A stretch of DNA of 64,000 nt from the NCBI GenBank assembly GCA_965235115.1, contig OZ249436.1:12402001-12466000 (forward strand), read 5' to 3'. Below, piece after piece: positions 46,748-61,000 of this stretch. This DNA comes from Laetmonice hystrix. Its lineage: Eukaryota. The notes under the pieces were generated by a model that was not told the origin of the DNA, searched no databases, and worked only from the letters and a program-made list of their open reading frames with translations. The translations under genes were made by a program, and so were the position numbers. Positions within the stretch are counted from its first letter, which is position 1; each line of letters begins with the position of its first letter.

Positions 46748-49700
46748 TGACTCTCTGTAGGTCTTCCCAGAGTTGCTTGCACTGAAGGGCATTACTTGAT
46801 ATTGTCTCTGAAATAGGTTAATGGTACAGATGAAGAATTTAAATCCAACATTAAAAAAGGGTATGCGAGTTCAGAGGTTTGTTAGCATTTCTCATGATCA
46901 CTGGTGAACTTACACCATAAAGGCTGCAATGGAAGAAATGAGTGCAAACGTCAGTAACAAATGACTGATCACTTACAAATCTGAGGACTATCAGGTACAC
47001 TGTGGAGGTGTTAAAAGCTGATGTATTGACATGCATCATACTTTCAATCTGCTAAGGGAGAGAAAGCATTGTAGAAGCCAGAATGCGATGTGATGTTCTC
47101 TAACCCACGTGATATTACCCTCACTATTTTGCTACAGTAAATGCAGAACTGTTCATCTGTAATCGTCTGCATGCTGTTATTTGAGTCCGTGATACAGACA
47201 AGACTGTAAAACAGGTGCATATCTCATTCAGTGCATGCGTTTTTAGATAAATGGCCACTGCAAATCTCTTAGAATAGAACTATAATACGCTGGCTGTGTG
47301 ATATTTTATTTGCATAAATACTTTCAAACTAGAAATTAGAAAGAAGACAGTTTGCATATCTTGGGCAAAAGGTTTACCGATGCTGGTGGAAAATCTTTCC
47401 TGAACTATTTTGAAGATGGGCCCCATTGATGATGCCTTGTGTTTATGCAAAGGATTTTCCCATTTAAAAGGACCCAAAATGTGTCGGTGAAGATGGGATA
47501 CTGTTGAAAAGTGCAGACAGTGTGGTGCTTGAAAAACTTTGTGTTGTTAAATGTATAGTGTAAGTTATTTCCCAAAATATGCTACCGAGAGCTGACTGTA
47601 CGCGGTACCTGTTTGCAGAATACTTTTGCAATACGTGTTGGCATAAATATCGTTTCCCCACGTCAGAATACATGTATATCCTCTAGGCTGGTGCTTGAGA
47701 ATGAATGTACCGTACGTGATATACGTGTTAACAGCAAGGGGTAAGTTTTCTGTTCATTGCCAAAGGTTAGAAAAAAAACTATGAAGAACGACAAAAGAAA
47801 TCATAACTACAGGCCTTTACATTGTGCTTTCACAATAAAGATGCATTTTTACTAGTCATATACTAAGATAAAGTATCCGTTTACACGTATGGCTGGAGGC
47901 TTACTCTGGATACATAATACGATACATAGGAAATATGTATACACATGTAATCGACACGAAAATGAAAAAAGTTTTATTTTCTTGCTTTATGCTTCTCTTG
48001 TTAAAGGATCAAAAGATGATGCGACTTTCACAGATTATCATGAACTTTGTGGCACTCAGTACTGTGAAATAGCATCCATTCCTCGTTACAGGTATATTAA
48101 ACGTGGAGGAAAGGGGTGAAAGAAACCTGACAATGGTTGAGTGTGAATAAAAGTTGCTGGGAAGTTTGCGATGCTGACCCAGAGGATTAATTATATGATA
48201 GTTCCAGGGAGACTTTGAGTGTGAGATGTAGTTTGTTTTTGTGTTTCCCTTTGGCCAAATGGATACAGCATTTATCGTATTAATAGTTCTTTATGTTTGC
48301 TCAGTCGGCTAGCTATGTATATTTTAATCCAGATAAACCTGTCGTACGGTGCTGATGGAGATGAAGGCAGAAATTTCAGATAAGAACAGTTGAATACGGA
48401 ATGATGACGTCCGCTGTTAAGTTGATCCTTTCACTGATGTTCTTCTGTAATTTTCTACAAGACGGGCACGACACTGACTGGTCGAACTATGGCGCTTCCC
48501 ACCGTGAACAAATTAGAGTTCAGTCTGTGTTTTCTCGCCTAGGCAGAGTTATCATTGTAATGTATCATGTGATTGAGTTTGAGTCTCAGCCATCCAACCT
48601 GATTTTGTACGAAAGTCCAGGATATTGGTAATGGATCTTATTAAACACAGCTATATTTCATTTTAAGATAAGCATGCAGTGGTGCATATTTGGTTAGTTG
48701 TACATGATTTGTTTATCGACAGATGAACACCCCCTCCCCGTACATAAAGACACGTGTGTATATTTCTCCATTTTGTATATTACAAAGAGTTGTGTACACC
48801 TATGTCGTAGCTGAGCTACATATGGCAACCAACTCATGCCTTATTATTCTAAAGTGATACAAAACAAAAAAGGCATTAAAAATCAATACAATATTGTTTT
48901 GTCTTTTATATTAGAACCCACGTATAATTAGTAATCCTTTATTCGTCCGAGAGTTTAACACTGTTCAAGTCAAGATTTCAATCAATTGAAATCTGTAACA
49001 AACACACCGCTTCTTGCGTTTAGGCAATTTTTGGAATTTCTGTTTACTTGATCTCGCACTATCTGAGGTCGAGATATTTCTAGATATAATTACCATCGAG
49101 TATGAAGTTAGGCTTAGTATGAGATTACACCTTTTCAGGTTTAGAGCCTGATAGACTTCTGATCGTGCTCAGAAAGTATTGCGCAATACGAAACCGGGAA
49201 GGGGGAGCAGTGAAAAAATAGCTAATTTATAGTCAAGATGTAAACTTTATCGTATTAGTCACCCAAAGTCCGTCAGAACGGGCAGAGCGTTCATCTCGAA
49301 CCATTACGCGGACTCTGGGAAGGTAAAGGAAAGATGAAAGATAGCACTTCAGCTTTCGGTGAGCTTATAATGTTATCTTGCGTATTCCGTGGGATCTGGG
49401 GTGCCTTCCTCATCTGTCGTTATCTTGTGCGTTAAAATCCCCATTGACAATACATTGGAGTTAACGATACGACAAGCTAACGACATGATGAGGTGTGCTT
49501 TATTAAAGACAAATACTATAGTCAGGTTTGAGTATATCAACGCTTTATTGAGCAAGTTCGCCGATAGTGATCTTGCTACCATGGATCATAAGGTTTCTGT
49601 GTTGCAGGAGTTGCTGAAGGTATGTACGGGTGTGGAGGCCTAGGAAATTGGACTGTATTTACATATGAAAATAGTAGCATCCACCTGTATTTAGATTATT

Positions 49701-50196
49701 TTGGACAAAAATATCTTTAGATCTTGTGTGAAATAGTAAAGATCACGGACACTTGTGGATAATATTGCAAATTGGACTGTTCTGGGGACTTCTAGAAATA
49801 TAATCCCTGGATTATCTTCATGAATATTTTTTTCTCTCACGTTGAACACTAATATCCTCTCGCTCTTTCTGTCAGTTCGTGTGCGCGTCATCTGCAGCAG
49901 TATTTCAGAATACGTTGAAACTGCTAAGCAAATATAACGGTTTTTTTTTATGTCACATACCCTAGCCCTATTTCCGAGACGGTTAGAGCTTCTGCGTCTT
50001 TAGCTGCTTCGGTCATGTAGGAGTAGGGCCATTTCCTATTTACATTTTACTTGCATGAACTGCCGCCAACTGACAAGCATGTGTGATTTGTATAAAGTAT
50101 CCGTTTATATATAGCACGCTTTTCTTCCTTGACCGTAATAAGAAGGAATAGGAACTCGCGACTAGACATCCGTTAAATCGGTAAATGTTCAACCTG

Positions 50197-53100
50197 TCAT
50201 ATCACCATCTCCTTCAGGAACTCTCTGTATCTTTCATCGGTAGGTTTGCTTGTAAAATCGTCATTATCTGGGCTTTCTTCGACCGTTGTGTCTTTATTAG
50301 GATTATCCGAGGTAATATCACTGCTAGGAGCGTGGCTGTGACGGGAGCCATGTGCTGGCTCAGTGATCCTGTCTGTGTCCCTGGGAAGGAGACGCGGAGA
50401 TCGGCCGTCACCCAGGGTATTGTCCTTAGAACTCCCGTCGAGAATGGCCCGGATATCTCGTTCTAACGAAGGGAACGTCGGCCTTACCCCAGGATCCGAC
50501 TTCCAACAGTGCATCATGATATCATAACTGCGGAACAAGAAACCATATAAATTAAGAGGCTTTCAAATTAATGTGCTAATGATTGTGATGGAAGGAATTA
50601 TGGGGTTGAAAATGTATTCGACAGAATATAACCGAACGATACGCCACTGGAACAGATTAAATTTGTGAATTATGAATTTGTCTATGTTTCTAACAGTAGT
50701 TTTTTTTTGTAAGGGGGGGGGGGGGGTGTAATTCAATGCACTTCTCCAGTTAGGCTATTTACAGAAGAATAGTATTTTACCAAAAGAAAACCATTAATAT
50801 ATTATGATCATTGAAACTTTTTTCAATTGAATTCTTGATTTCGTTACAAGTTGACTTACACTTGTCTGGGGCAGACGGCGGGCCGTTCGAGCAGATGACC
50901 AGTGCGCACGCAGGCGATTACAGTTACGCCATCCATGTCTCCGTACGGCGCCTGGCCTCGAGTCAATAACTCCCAGAGTAGAACCCCGAACGACCACTGT
51001 AACCACCACAAAACAATTATTGGGCGGAAAGCGCAGGGGCGGATCCGAGGGGGATGGTCGACCGTTTTCCGGAAAACAGTCAATGTACATTTTCCAGTCT
51101 CTCTATTAATTTATTTTTCAGTATGACTTTCGGTAATTTTCTTGATTAAAACGCAATAATTCGCACACCATTTTTTCAATATTTTCTCAGGGGAACATGC
51201 CCTTTGGCACCTTTACTTCCCCCTCCCTTGGTAATCCTACGTCACTGTACATGTATATAGGCCTACTCATCTAATGACATACCACGTCAGACCTCGTAGT
51301 GAACACGAGGTCCGTCAGACTCTCCAGTGCCATCCACCTTATTGGCAGAAGTTCGTCGGAGATGCTAGTTATAAGGCAGTAATCGGAGTCAAACATGTCG
51401 CGGGACAGTCCGAAGTCAGCCACTCTCACTATCATGTCCTTGCCCAGTCTGAAATAACATGGCACCATTGGGCATCATCACTGTTGCTGTCGCCGCATTG
51501 ATTGCATATGGCATATGAATCTCCTCGCTCTCATATATAGGCCCCTAGGAGTATATGATCATGAAATTTAATTTTCGGTCTGATACAGACAGTGGACATC
51601 ACTATACATATTACACATTTTGTTCCTTAGTTCTTGCAGTTTTAGTCGACATCAAACTAGACTTACACGCAATTCCTCGCAGCAAGATCCTTATGAACGA
51701 AGTTTTTGCTCGACAAGTAACTCATACCCTGGGATACCTGTAGTCCTATTGCCAGCAGCATTTTTATCGTGAAGTGCTAACGGAAGGAAACAACAAGAGC
51801 GGTTTCAAAACATTCACTTTAAGCGGGCGTGGGCCTATAGGCCTGCAGGTCTGCATAACTTGAGGAAACTGACCGAAAAATACGTTTTATTCACCTTACA
51901 TGGTGACGCCACAAACGTTCGCAGGTCCCCGTGTTCCATATACGGCGTGACTGCGCAAGGTTTGCCACCTTGAACCACCAGGCCGTGTATCGATAAAACG
52001 TTCTGGTGATCGAAGTCAACTATTAGTAAGACGTCTTCCACAAATCTTGTAACGTCTTCGATTGTACAAGTCTCCCCTGTTCGGAAATAAACGGTATACA
52101 TCATCCAACGTGAACAATAAATTTGCACACAACAGGATATTAAACTGCAGCTAGTGCCAACAGAATCACTAGCAAATACTCAAGATCTGCAGATGTCCAT
52201 GGACATTTTTATGGAACGCCCTTTCGCTTTATACAGGCCTATAGCTCTTTAATATGAATCTGCTGCCCCCGCGGTTGCAACAACCTTTTAGGTAGGCAGT
52301 GCTTTTATATATAGGCCTATAGAAGGACAACGACATGCGGGCCTACATGCACTGTTATAGAAAAATCTTCTGAGCTGGACCCAATAATTAGGCCGGCTAG
52401 GGACCCACCTTGGACGGTCTTGACAGCGACTGGCATGGGATTTCTTAGCGACTTATCCGTAAGTGTCCCTTTGTATACCATACCGAACTTTCCTGCATGA
52501 ATAAAATGAACTTATAGGTACATTGATGATTTGGGGTCGAAGTCATACATAGATATACAGGTCTATATATACATGTTTGAAATTAAATTAATCCAGGATT
52601 GAGTTTACTCTTTAAATAAAATACCTTGACCGAGCACCTCTTCTAACTTCAGCTGTTTCTCTGGTATTTGGTATCGACCGAGGTGCTGGCTGAGCGCCTG
52701 CAGCGCTAGCGTGACGTTGAATTTGACGGGCGCCACGTGTGAACGGCTGCCGCGCTGGTCGTAGCCGGACCACCGGCGGTTAATAGGGACCGGGACGGGT
52801 TCGTTAAGTAGTGCTCTCTCCGATCTCATCCGTAACGACGCCCCCAACTGGTCCGGCTGGTCATGGAACTCTCAAATCAAATCAGTGCCTCATTAGGCAC
52901 GAGATCTATACATTTACTAATAGGCCTAGAACAGAAACTTAATTGGAAAATGAATTGTTAGGGCTAGATCTATATAGGCCTAAGTGTAAACATCCAGGAG
53001 GAGTTCCAGCATTTTGTTAAAGGGGCGGGGGCGGGAAGAATTTGCTAGGGGGGTTGAGCATGGTCAATTCAGAAAGTTCTATAGATCTATATGGGGGGTT

Positions 53101-54152
53101 AAAGGCAAATTGATTGCCAGGGGGGGGGGGGGGCGTGTTCAGGGGGGAAATTTGCTAAGGGGGGGGTTAAGCATGGTCAATTCAGAAAGTTCTATAGAAC
53201 CCCCCCCCCCCCCCCCCCGATCCGGCACTGACAGGTCTCTATCCTACAGATGGGCATGTAGGCATATGGGCATATAGGCCTACTGCCGTGAAATGACAAA
53301 AGGAAGCAAGTCCAACCTTCATCAAAATCGACTTAAGTGTAACGTTGGATTCAGGGAAGTAAGTCCTATCTATCAATGGGTGTATTTCTGCTAAACATCC
53401 TTCTATGAAGCTATCAGTCACATGACAGAAGGAAGCATGTCCATCCAACTGCAATGTAGAGACAACTTGTTTATGTCCATTTCTCGAAACGTGAACTTTT
53501 GGACTTGCTTCCTTTTGTCATTTCAAGGCAGTAGCCTATACTATAGACCCCTATTCAAGGAGGTCTACTTGTGTGAAGATAGAGTTTATGCATATACATG
53601 AATGGACATGGCCACTAGGCCTACAATCGCCGATTGTCCCGCTTAGTTGTTTCCCTTGGCATAGATAAAAAATAATGGCTTAAAAACAGAGTTTCCAGCA
53701 CTCCCTCGACACAAACAGCTTTGTTCAGACCTATATACCCATGGGTGTAGGCAGAACTGAGATCAGGAGGGTTTCCAACTGAGATGGGGGGGGGGGTAGT
53801 ATTTAATTTATTTTAGACCTGAGATAGAGGAGTTTTCAGCCATAGTATATTAGTCATTCATTTATCTTCTTTTTCTCTCTCTTTTTTTTTTTTTTTTTTT
53901 TTTTTGGGGGGGGGGGGGGTGTTCAGGCAACCCGGACCCCCCTCCCCCGCTACACCCTTGCCTACCTGGTCTCTGCAATTCATCGACAGGGCTGCTCTTG
54001 TCTCCGGACATATAGGCGACTTCCTCGTCCTTTTCCCGCTCCTTTTTTCGACGCTTCCAACAGCAGCCAACGTTGATAACTGCTACGCTACCGACGACAC
54101 TTACAAGGACGAGAATCCCGGTTATACCGGAGGTGTCCCCACTGTGAGCCAT
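50197..54152 (-). CDS. Single-pass MET/RON-like tyrosine kinase with minimal ectodomain, about 480 aa. Exons 54152-53966, 52870-52625, 52492-52409, 52076-51895, 51776-51667, 51448-51283, 50996-50860, 50527-50197
   Basis: [21 protein letters not shown] then WKRRKK. Kinase motifs [86 protein letters not shown]...RPTF. Phases are consistent across all introns. Confidence 0.88.
53283..53531. mobile_element. Tc1/mariner-like MITE with TA target duplication
   Basis: TA|ctgccgtgaaatgacaaaaggaagcaagtccaa ... ttggacttgcttccttttgtcatttcaaggcag|TA. Confidence 0.8.
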
Positions 54153-54281
54153 ACTGTACGCTCTGTATACGGCTCCCGCCCCTGCCAGAGCAAGTAAACC
54201 GGATACAGATAAGGCCTAATATAACATTATGATCGTCGACCCTTTGGTATACCTAAACATCCTTTCAACCGGATAGTATTT

Positions 54282-54420
54282 CAGGGCTGTCCATCTGTCG
54301 CAAAAAATGTGCGACAAGGACCATAAAATTTGCGACAAGTCGACAACCCCCCCCCCCCCCCCAAAAAAAAAAGACACCCCAAAGACCAGACACTTTGCTC
54401 CAATCAGTTGGCCAGCCCTG
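54282..54420. mobile_element. Short hAT-like element
   Basis: cagggctgtcca ... tggccagccctg ends; flanks TATTT / TATTC (imperfect 5-bp duplication). Confidence 0.5.
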
Positions 54421-56458
54421 TATTCCTGGACCAATGGTTTTGTAACGAGAGATACAGTGCAAGTTTACAAACTGTTGGCCACAACGAATTCCACATTATG
54501 TAATACGGTACTCAAGAAATAAGCCGCTACATGCTGGGTCCGAAATGTTCGGTATCGCATCGCAGTATTCGATGGAAACTACACCCTTTGCATTCCTACC
54601 TTTGACTTTGTGTTGCTAAAAATGCGAACCATATAAAAACCCTTCCATTCACAAAGTCATTCAGAGCCCTTTATCTGTGTTATCTCGTACTTTTATCAGA
54701 GTATGGGGGCCTACAACCAGACAGCTGACGTACATAAGTAAGAAGGCATTAAGTGACAAAAGTGAACTGGGGTAGGCCTAAGGTTCTATACAAATTATTA
54801 ACTATTGCTATATAAAATTGGTTTTGTGTAGCAAAAAATTGCTATGCCTTTTTCCCAACATTTTGGAACCATATCACATGCCACTGAGTGAGGAAAACTA
54901 TTCACCCTATAGGTATAGCCCTATTCTATTCACCCTATAGGTACAGCCCCCCTCCCCCCACACCCACACCCACAGGCACGATAGCCTGAAAATATTGAAC
55001 CGCAGATATAGGACTACCGGTAGACCAAACCAGGACTAACTACCCCACCGAAATCAACAAACACCCACGCTACATGAACGTCTCTCAGATAGGCCTCTTT
55101 TCTAAGACACGAGTTGTCTGGGTCCGTTGTCTGCTACGGTTCGCTAAATCTGGCATATGCCTATTATGATCTCAGACTAAAAGCCTAGTAGGCTATCGGG
55201 TTATGTATACACAACATCATGTTGAACATTACAATACTATATTTACACACTACAAATACTTTTCAGCATGTCTATAATCTAAGCTGCCAATATCCAATCG
55301 ATCGTTTTTTTGATTTGACACATTTGGGGACGAAACCACACACAACTACATTTGAAGAATGAGAGTACATTACCAAGTCTCTGTCTATTCTGTGCAACCA
55401 GGAAATAGTCCAATGCGGATCCACGTGAAGTGATGTCCAAAACACGGGTCAGGCGTAAATGTGTATGGTGACTGCCCCGTCAGTGTTCTGTACCGCACTG
55501 TACACACGTCCTCTGCCTTTTTTTCGGGTTGATAAAAATATCTTCACGTCAGCTGTGTTATATACGTGAAAATAAATCCTGTAGACTTACAGCGAATCTT
55601 GCACAGTCTGATTCGTTACTATCAGGCCTATACCGATTCCGTCATGGTAGGTAAAGGCCACACAGTCAGCGGAACAGCAATGCTAGGCTTATATGACACA
55701 GAGACAGAGCATACTCGAGCTTCAGGAGGGAAGGGGCGCCCACCTACGCACCGAACCATGACCCGTTTTGCACGAGATCCTCCAGCGGGACGCAATGGGT
55801 GAATTAGGTCAGCCAACACCACTGCAAGTAAGGTTTATAAAGTATAATGGGCAAATTAAATCGGTAGGCCTATATAGGCCATATGGAGGAAGCTAAAAGA
55901 AAAATATGCCTTGCCCTTGGCCCTTGCGACACCCGTCGCAAGAATTATGTCGCATCTCGTGGGTTCTACTTGTCGCAAGCCTGCAGCCCTTGCGATGAAG
56001 GGCTGCGTCAAAGCTGGCCACAATATGTTTGATATTTCTTCCTGCCGTCGCAAGGCTTGCGACAACAGTCGGGCTCGTTAACTATTCAACAGACAATGAG
56101 AGAGCGCTCCGACAAAGCTTGCGACGTTGCACTCATCGCAAAGTCTTGAACTCTGTAACTCTATACACTGTGATCCAAAGATACCATCAAATTTGGTGAA
56201 AATATAGGCTTTTGGAGAGGACTGGTGACTGAAAAATTTTCTAGAGGATTCCACGGTGTTCCAAGTCGGAAGACTCTCATAGGAAACAAAAAAAAAAACT
56301 ATCTGGAAAAGGAATTTTGGGGGGGGGGTCCTGCATCGGAGGGGCGGGGGGGGGGGGGGGGGGTTGTAGGCGTTATGAACGAAACCGGTTGTCACAATTT
56401 AGCCTATATATTCTTTTCAGTTTTACTAAAAACATAGAACTAGACTAGTTCTATGCTA

Positions 56459-57345
56459 AAAACAAGACCCCGTCGGAGTCACAACCACTAACTGGGGGGA
56501 CTAATTATCTGTGGGTTTAGGAAATATGACATGTGTACTTTGTATTTTTGACATACAGTCCATGTGAGAACATCTTTGATACATGAGTGACAAAGAAACC
56601 TATAAGGTATATGTCTCCATCCATCATTTGTAGTAAGTGGTTATCCTGAAGTGTTTTCTAGATATGAATTATCAAAAATGTCCGTTTATAGAAAGAATGT
56701 GCATCTCGAACACTTCTATTTAACCTGAACACAACATAAATTGGCACGTTTGTTGCCCCTTGTATGCCTTCTCTTGTCACCAAATTTGAAAGAAATCCAG
56801 ATGGCTTTGAGTTATTGCTTCAAATGTGTTAATGGCTACCAAGCGGCCATTTTGAATGATATAAAAAAATATGTTTAACCTTTGTCATCCTTAGACTGTC
56901 CCTGAACATTATATAATATTTCATGTAAGATTATGTTGTTATCTTCAACTGTTTTGGAAATACAGGTCATTGGAAATATGTATGACCTTGATTGATCTTT
57001 CAATGGTGCTAAACGAAAATTCATATATGATTTTCTATTTGTCAATGACCGTAACTAGGCCTTATTGCTTTAACTTGCAGCGTTTTCGAGATATGAGCCA
57101 AAACAATGTTATTTGGGAGGTAAAAAATATGGCCGCCATGTCACCATATTTACTTTGAACTGAGAATACCATAGACATTGCCCCTCATATGCTCCTTTGC
57201 ACTAAATTTGAAAGAAATCTGTTTCACGTGCATCATCCTCACACCATACCTGATCATTGTAACACTTCTGAGAAATCGCTGTCTACGGACATACGGATGT
57301 ATGGCGAATTAGAAGCCCCACCCCTTCGGGTTGGGGGCTAAAAAG
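56459..57345. mobile_element. Probable Helentron-associated (HINE/DINE-like) non-autonomous element
   Basis: Begins aaaacaagacc; internal repeats aaatttgaaagaaatc; acggacatacggat microsatellite; terminal hairpin agccccacccc-ttc-gggttgggggct followed by an A-run. Classification is by architecture only. Confidence 0.5.
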
Positions 57346-58029
57346 AAAAAAACAGAAAAAAGTGAATGATTGCCCAATCTGCCTCTGCATTATATTCAAA
57401 CTAAAGATGTTGCATTGCCCACCAGCCTCAGATAGCGAATGAACCAACAGTAAGGCTATGATCTTGCATTAGTGTTTATGGTCATTTTGTCACATTTTCT
57501 CTCAGAATTTTCAAAATGTCACAGAATGTCAGATTTTAGGGGAATGATATTTTGTCACAGAATATCACCATGTCACAGGCAATTCATTCTCTGAGCATTA
57601 GCAGGCCTTGTCACGAAAGGATAGCGGTCACTCTCGCACTCCATAGTCTAGGTTTGGGAGCGTGATAATTGCAGTCGCTGGAATTTCAAAAGCAAACAAA
57701 CACTTGCCTATAGCATCAAGAAAGTCAACAGTCCCGTTGTTTGACAAAGTCAAACCAAACACTCTACAACCTTTGGTTGAACTTGACCTTTCTTGGACAA
57801 CCATTCATTCGGCTCAATTTTGGCTATTAGAAACGTAGGTGGTTTTTTTTGCCCCCTTTTGCTTAAAATTAAATAAAAAAAATTGTGAGAGTGAATAGGC
57901 TAGCTCTCCTGACACATTCAAGGAGCTTGATTATCACTCCCCAAGAGTTTTCGAATGACAAGGCCTGCATTAGTAAAACACGTGGCCCAGTTTGTGTCTC
58001 TTGTATATAGATATATGACGCACATGATA

Positions 58030-61000
58030 TCAGTTCCGTGAACCGACGGACATCAACACAAATATTGTTGTATATGAATGGTGGATTTCTGGCAAGTCCC
58101 ACACATATCCCTCTTCACTCGGGTACTGAGACAACACAGCATAGTTCTCTTCCACATCAGGCTTCGAATAGTCTGGAAGGTAATCAAATCCAACTTCCCC
58201 GTTTCCAAAAAATCCAAAAAGTGGTGTTTTAGGGAAGACTTTATGGAAGGCGTCAGCTTCGACATTCACCTGTCCATTGTAGTAGCTGTGACCACGACCA
58301 ATACAAGCAAACATGAATCCTATTGTGTTCTTGTCGGGGATATTAGCACGCTTCAACTTCAAAATTGCATTTTCAGCATCTTTTGGGGTGCGAACTGAAC
58401 TCCGGAGTACCACTGATGCCATCTTTATATTCTCCCCACAGAAGGCCACACCCATCAAAATAGTTTCTTCTGATCTGCAACAATCCAAACATGTATACCG
58501 ACTTCAAATTGTTCTAAAACTGATACATGTATACAGATTATAACATATGATATAACGTTTGTATATGTTTTTCCCCTTAATATCAGAAATCAGAAAGAAT
58601 TGCCCCGGTACCTCATGAATTATAAACATTAAAAGTGGAGTAATTATACTTGGATTAAATAATTTCAATATAACTTCATAGATTTCAATGGAGATCAGAC
58701 ATATCCTTTTCCTTTACCACTTACTCTGAGTCTGAGTCTCTGTCCTCATCATCTTCTGGTAAAAGGTTGTCAACATACCCACCAGCAACAACAACATTCT
58801 TATAGTGCTTGAGCAAAGCATATCCAATATCAGCATTTATGTAATAGAAGTGTTCAGTGTGGAAGAGGAGAATGACTCTTGGTTTTTTGTCAGGAGGAAT
58901 GCCCGTGATCTCCTGTAGGGCAAGAGCAGTTGGGGAGGGGGAGCGTCCTGCTTCAGTAGTCCCCTCCATTTTCTCCTCCAGATGATTGCCTGCATAGAAT
59001 GTGTAGATATCAAGCCCTTGTATTTGTGGAAAGAAGAGGCATGATGCTCCGACTACACCTTCCATTTCTCGTACGATCTTTAAATCACCGCTTGTACCTG
59101 GAAGAAAACATGCCACCTATTTAGTTTGGCTGTTTTTGTTTCCTATAACACATAGGTCCTAAACAAAAAATTGATTGGTGATTTGGTGATTAGGCCTACC
59201 AGTTAGGCAGTTTTGGACCTCAGGACTAAATCTAGAAGGGAGAGCCCCCTGGTGGCTGACTGAAACATTAATGTGTCTCCCACTTATAACGAAATTCTGC
59301 ATACATGTAATACAACAAATTTTTTCAACAGTCCCAAGTATTTCATTATAACCGGACTCGACTGTATCAGGCTTTAATTCCTTCACTATTTCTGAATGAT
59401 ACAATGACTATTTAGGGAAATAAAGCAGAATACGCACCGACAATTCCATCAGCAATGATTCCAGTTATTTGACAGTTTGGCGGAAGCACCCTCTGAAGAT
59501 AATCTACAGCCTTCACCTTTTCAAGTTTTGCTGCTCTTGGATAAAGTGTATTCCCTGCCACTGATTTAGAAGGAACACTGACTGTCATCTCATACAGGTT
59601 GTAAGAACAGAAAAGTAAAGCTGTCTGTGGTTCACTGGGCAACTCCTGCAGTTGAATGAAAATAGGCATATAACTTTACTGAGAATTTCAAGGACAAAAT
59701 GTTCTCTTAGTTTATACAATGCACCTTGTTTCCTGCTAGGTTACTAGTTTAAAAGTCTCAAAATATAGAAATCTGCACCCAGTACATGTCAGTCAAGTTC
59801 AGGGATGTGCCCCCGCCGGGCGCGCCCGCCGGGCACTGATTTTAGTAGCCCAGCACAAAACTGTAAAGGTTCAAGTGCCGCCCAGCAGGAATTTTTATTA
59901 GGCCTATCATCTGATAAATGTGTGTACATATTAACTTCTCATACAGTCTCTTGTTCAATCATACCAAGGCGCTAACCAAACGGCCCCGACCACATCTCTT
60001 GCCAACTGAAACCCTTGTGCTTCGGTGCCAGTGCAAAACTACCGCCCGGCACTCAATCTTTTCTGGGCACATCCCTACAAGTTGCACATATATTTCAGAT
60101 ATATTGTTCATGGCTACCCTTGTCTTTCTACAGCATTTCACTTACAGGAAATTGTTCTCCAATTTGATTATGTATGTCAAGATCTTTGTTGTCTCCATCG
60201 TACAGCAACCACATGTGTTTCTGCCTTGCTTTCTTAATCTTTTCCACGATAGCCTTCCATCGCTTGCAGACCCTGAAATAACATAGTTTCTTTTATACAT
60301 TTATTGAATTTATTATTCATTATTGAAAACAAGGAAACCCAAGCAGTATTTGATACTTGTAAGACATCAAGGTCAGTTGTAGGGCTATCAGTAAGGGTGT
60401 GCACTCTGGCAGGCTGCTTTGTTTCCATTCACTCAGAGGATCACAATCACTATATCATGATCAAAAAGGGGCCCTCTCTTTTCATTGGAGCAAATTTAAA
60501 CTATATTTTAATACTTATATTTTATCTTCTGGAGATGGAATGTGAAGGATCTCATCCTGTCAAGGTTATAGTTAAGTATGTCCCCAAACTCCTCACCCAT
60601 AAATATAGGCTTACTGCTCGTTTCACTGAACATGTGTGTTTAACTGTCAGTGTCAAAACTTGTTGGCAGCACACAATAACAAGATCTGACACAAGGGCAT
60701 TGACTTCAAACTTTAAAATATAGACACCATGCAGCGGGAAACTTTTTAAAATCAATAACATTTTCATATTACAGTACGTCCTGTCAGCATCTATAAATGC
60801 AGGGTTCTAGCTAGAAAAAAATATCAGCATGGGGGTAACGGTGGCCTAGAAATATGACACGCATCATAGCGCCGGGCAGGAGAGGATGCAGGAGTGGTTG
60901 CCCCTCCCGCTGTGGGGGTATTGGGGGCCTCCCCCAAAAATCTTTTTGAAAAACGGATGTAATTTGGTGCAATCTGAACGAAAAACACTTCCATTCTACT

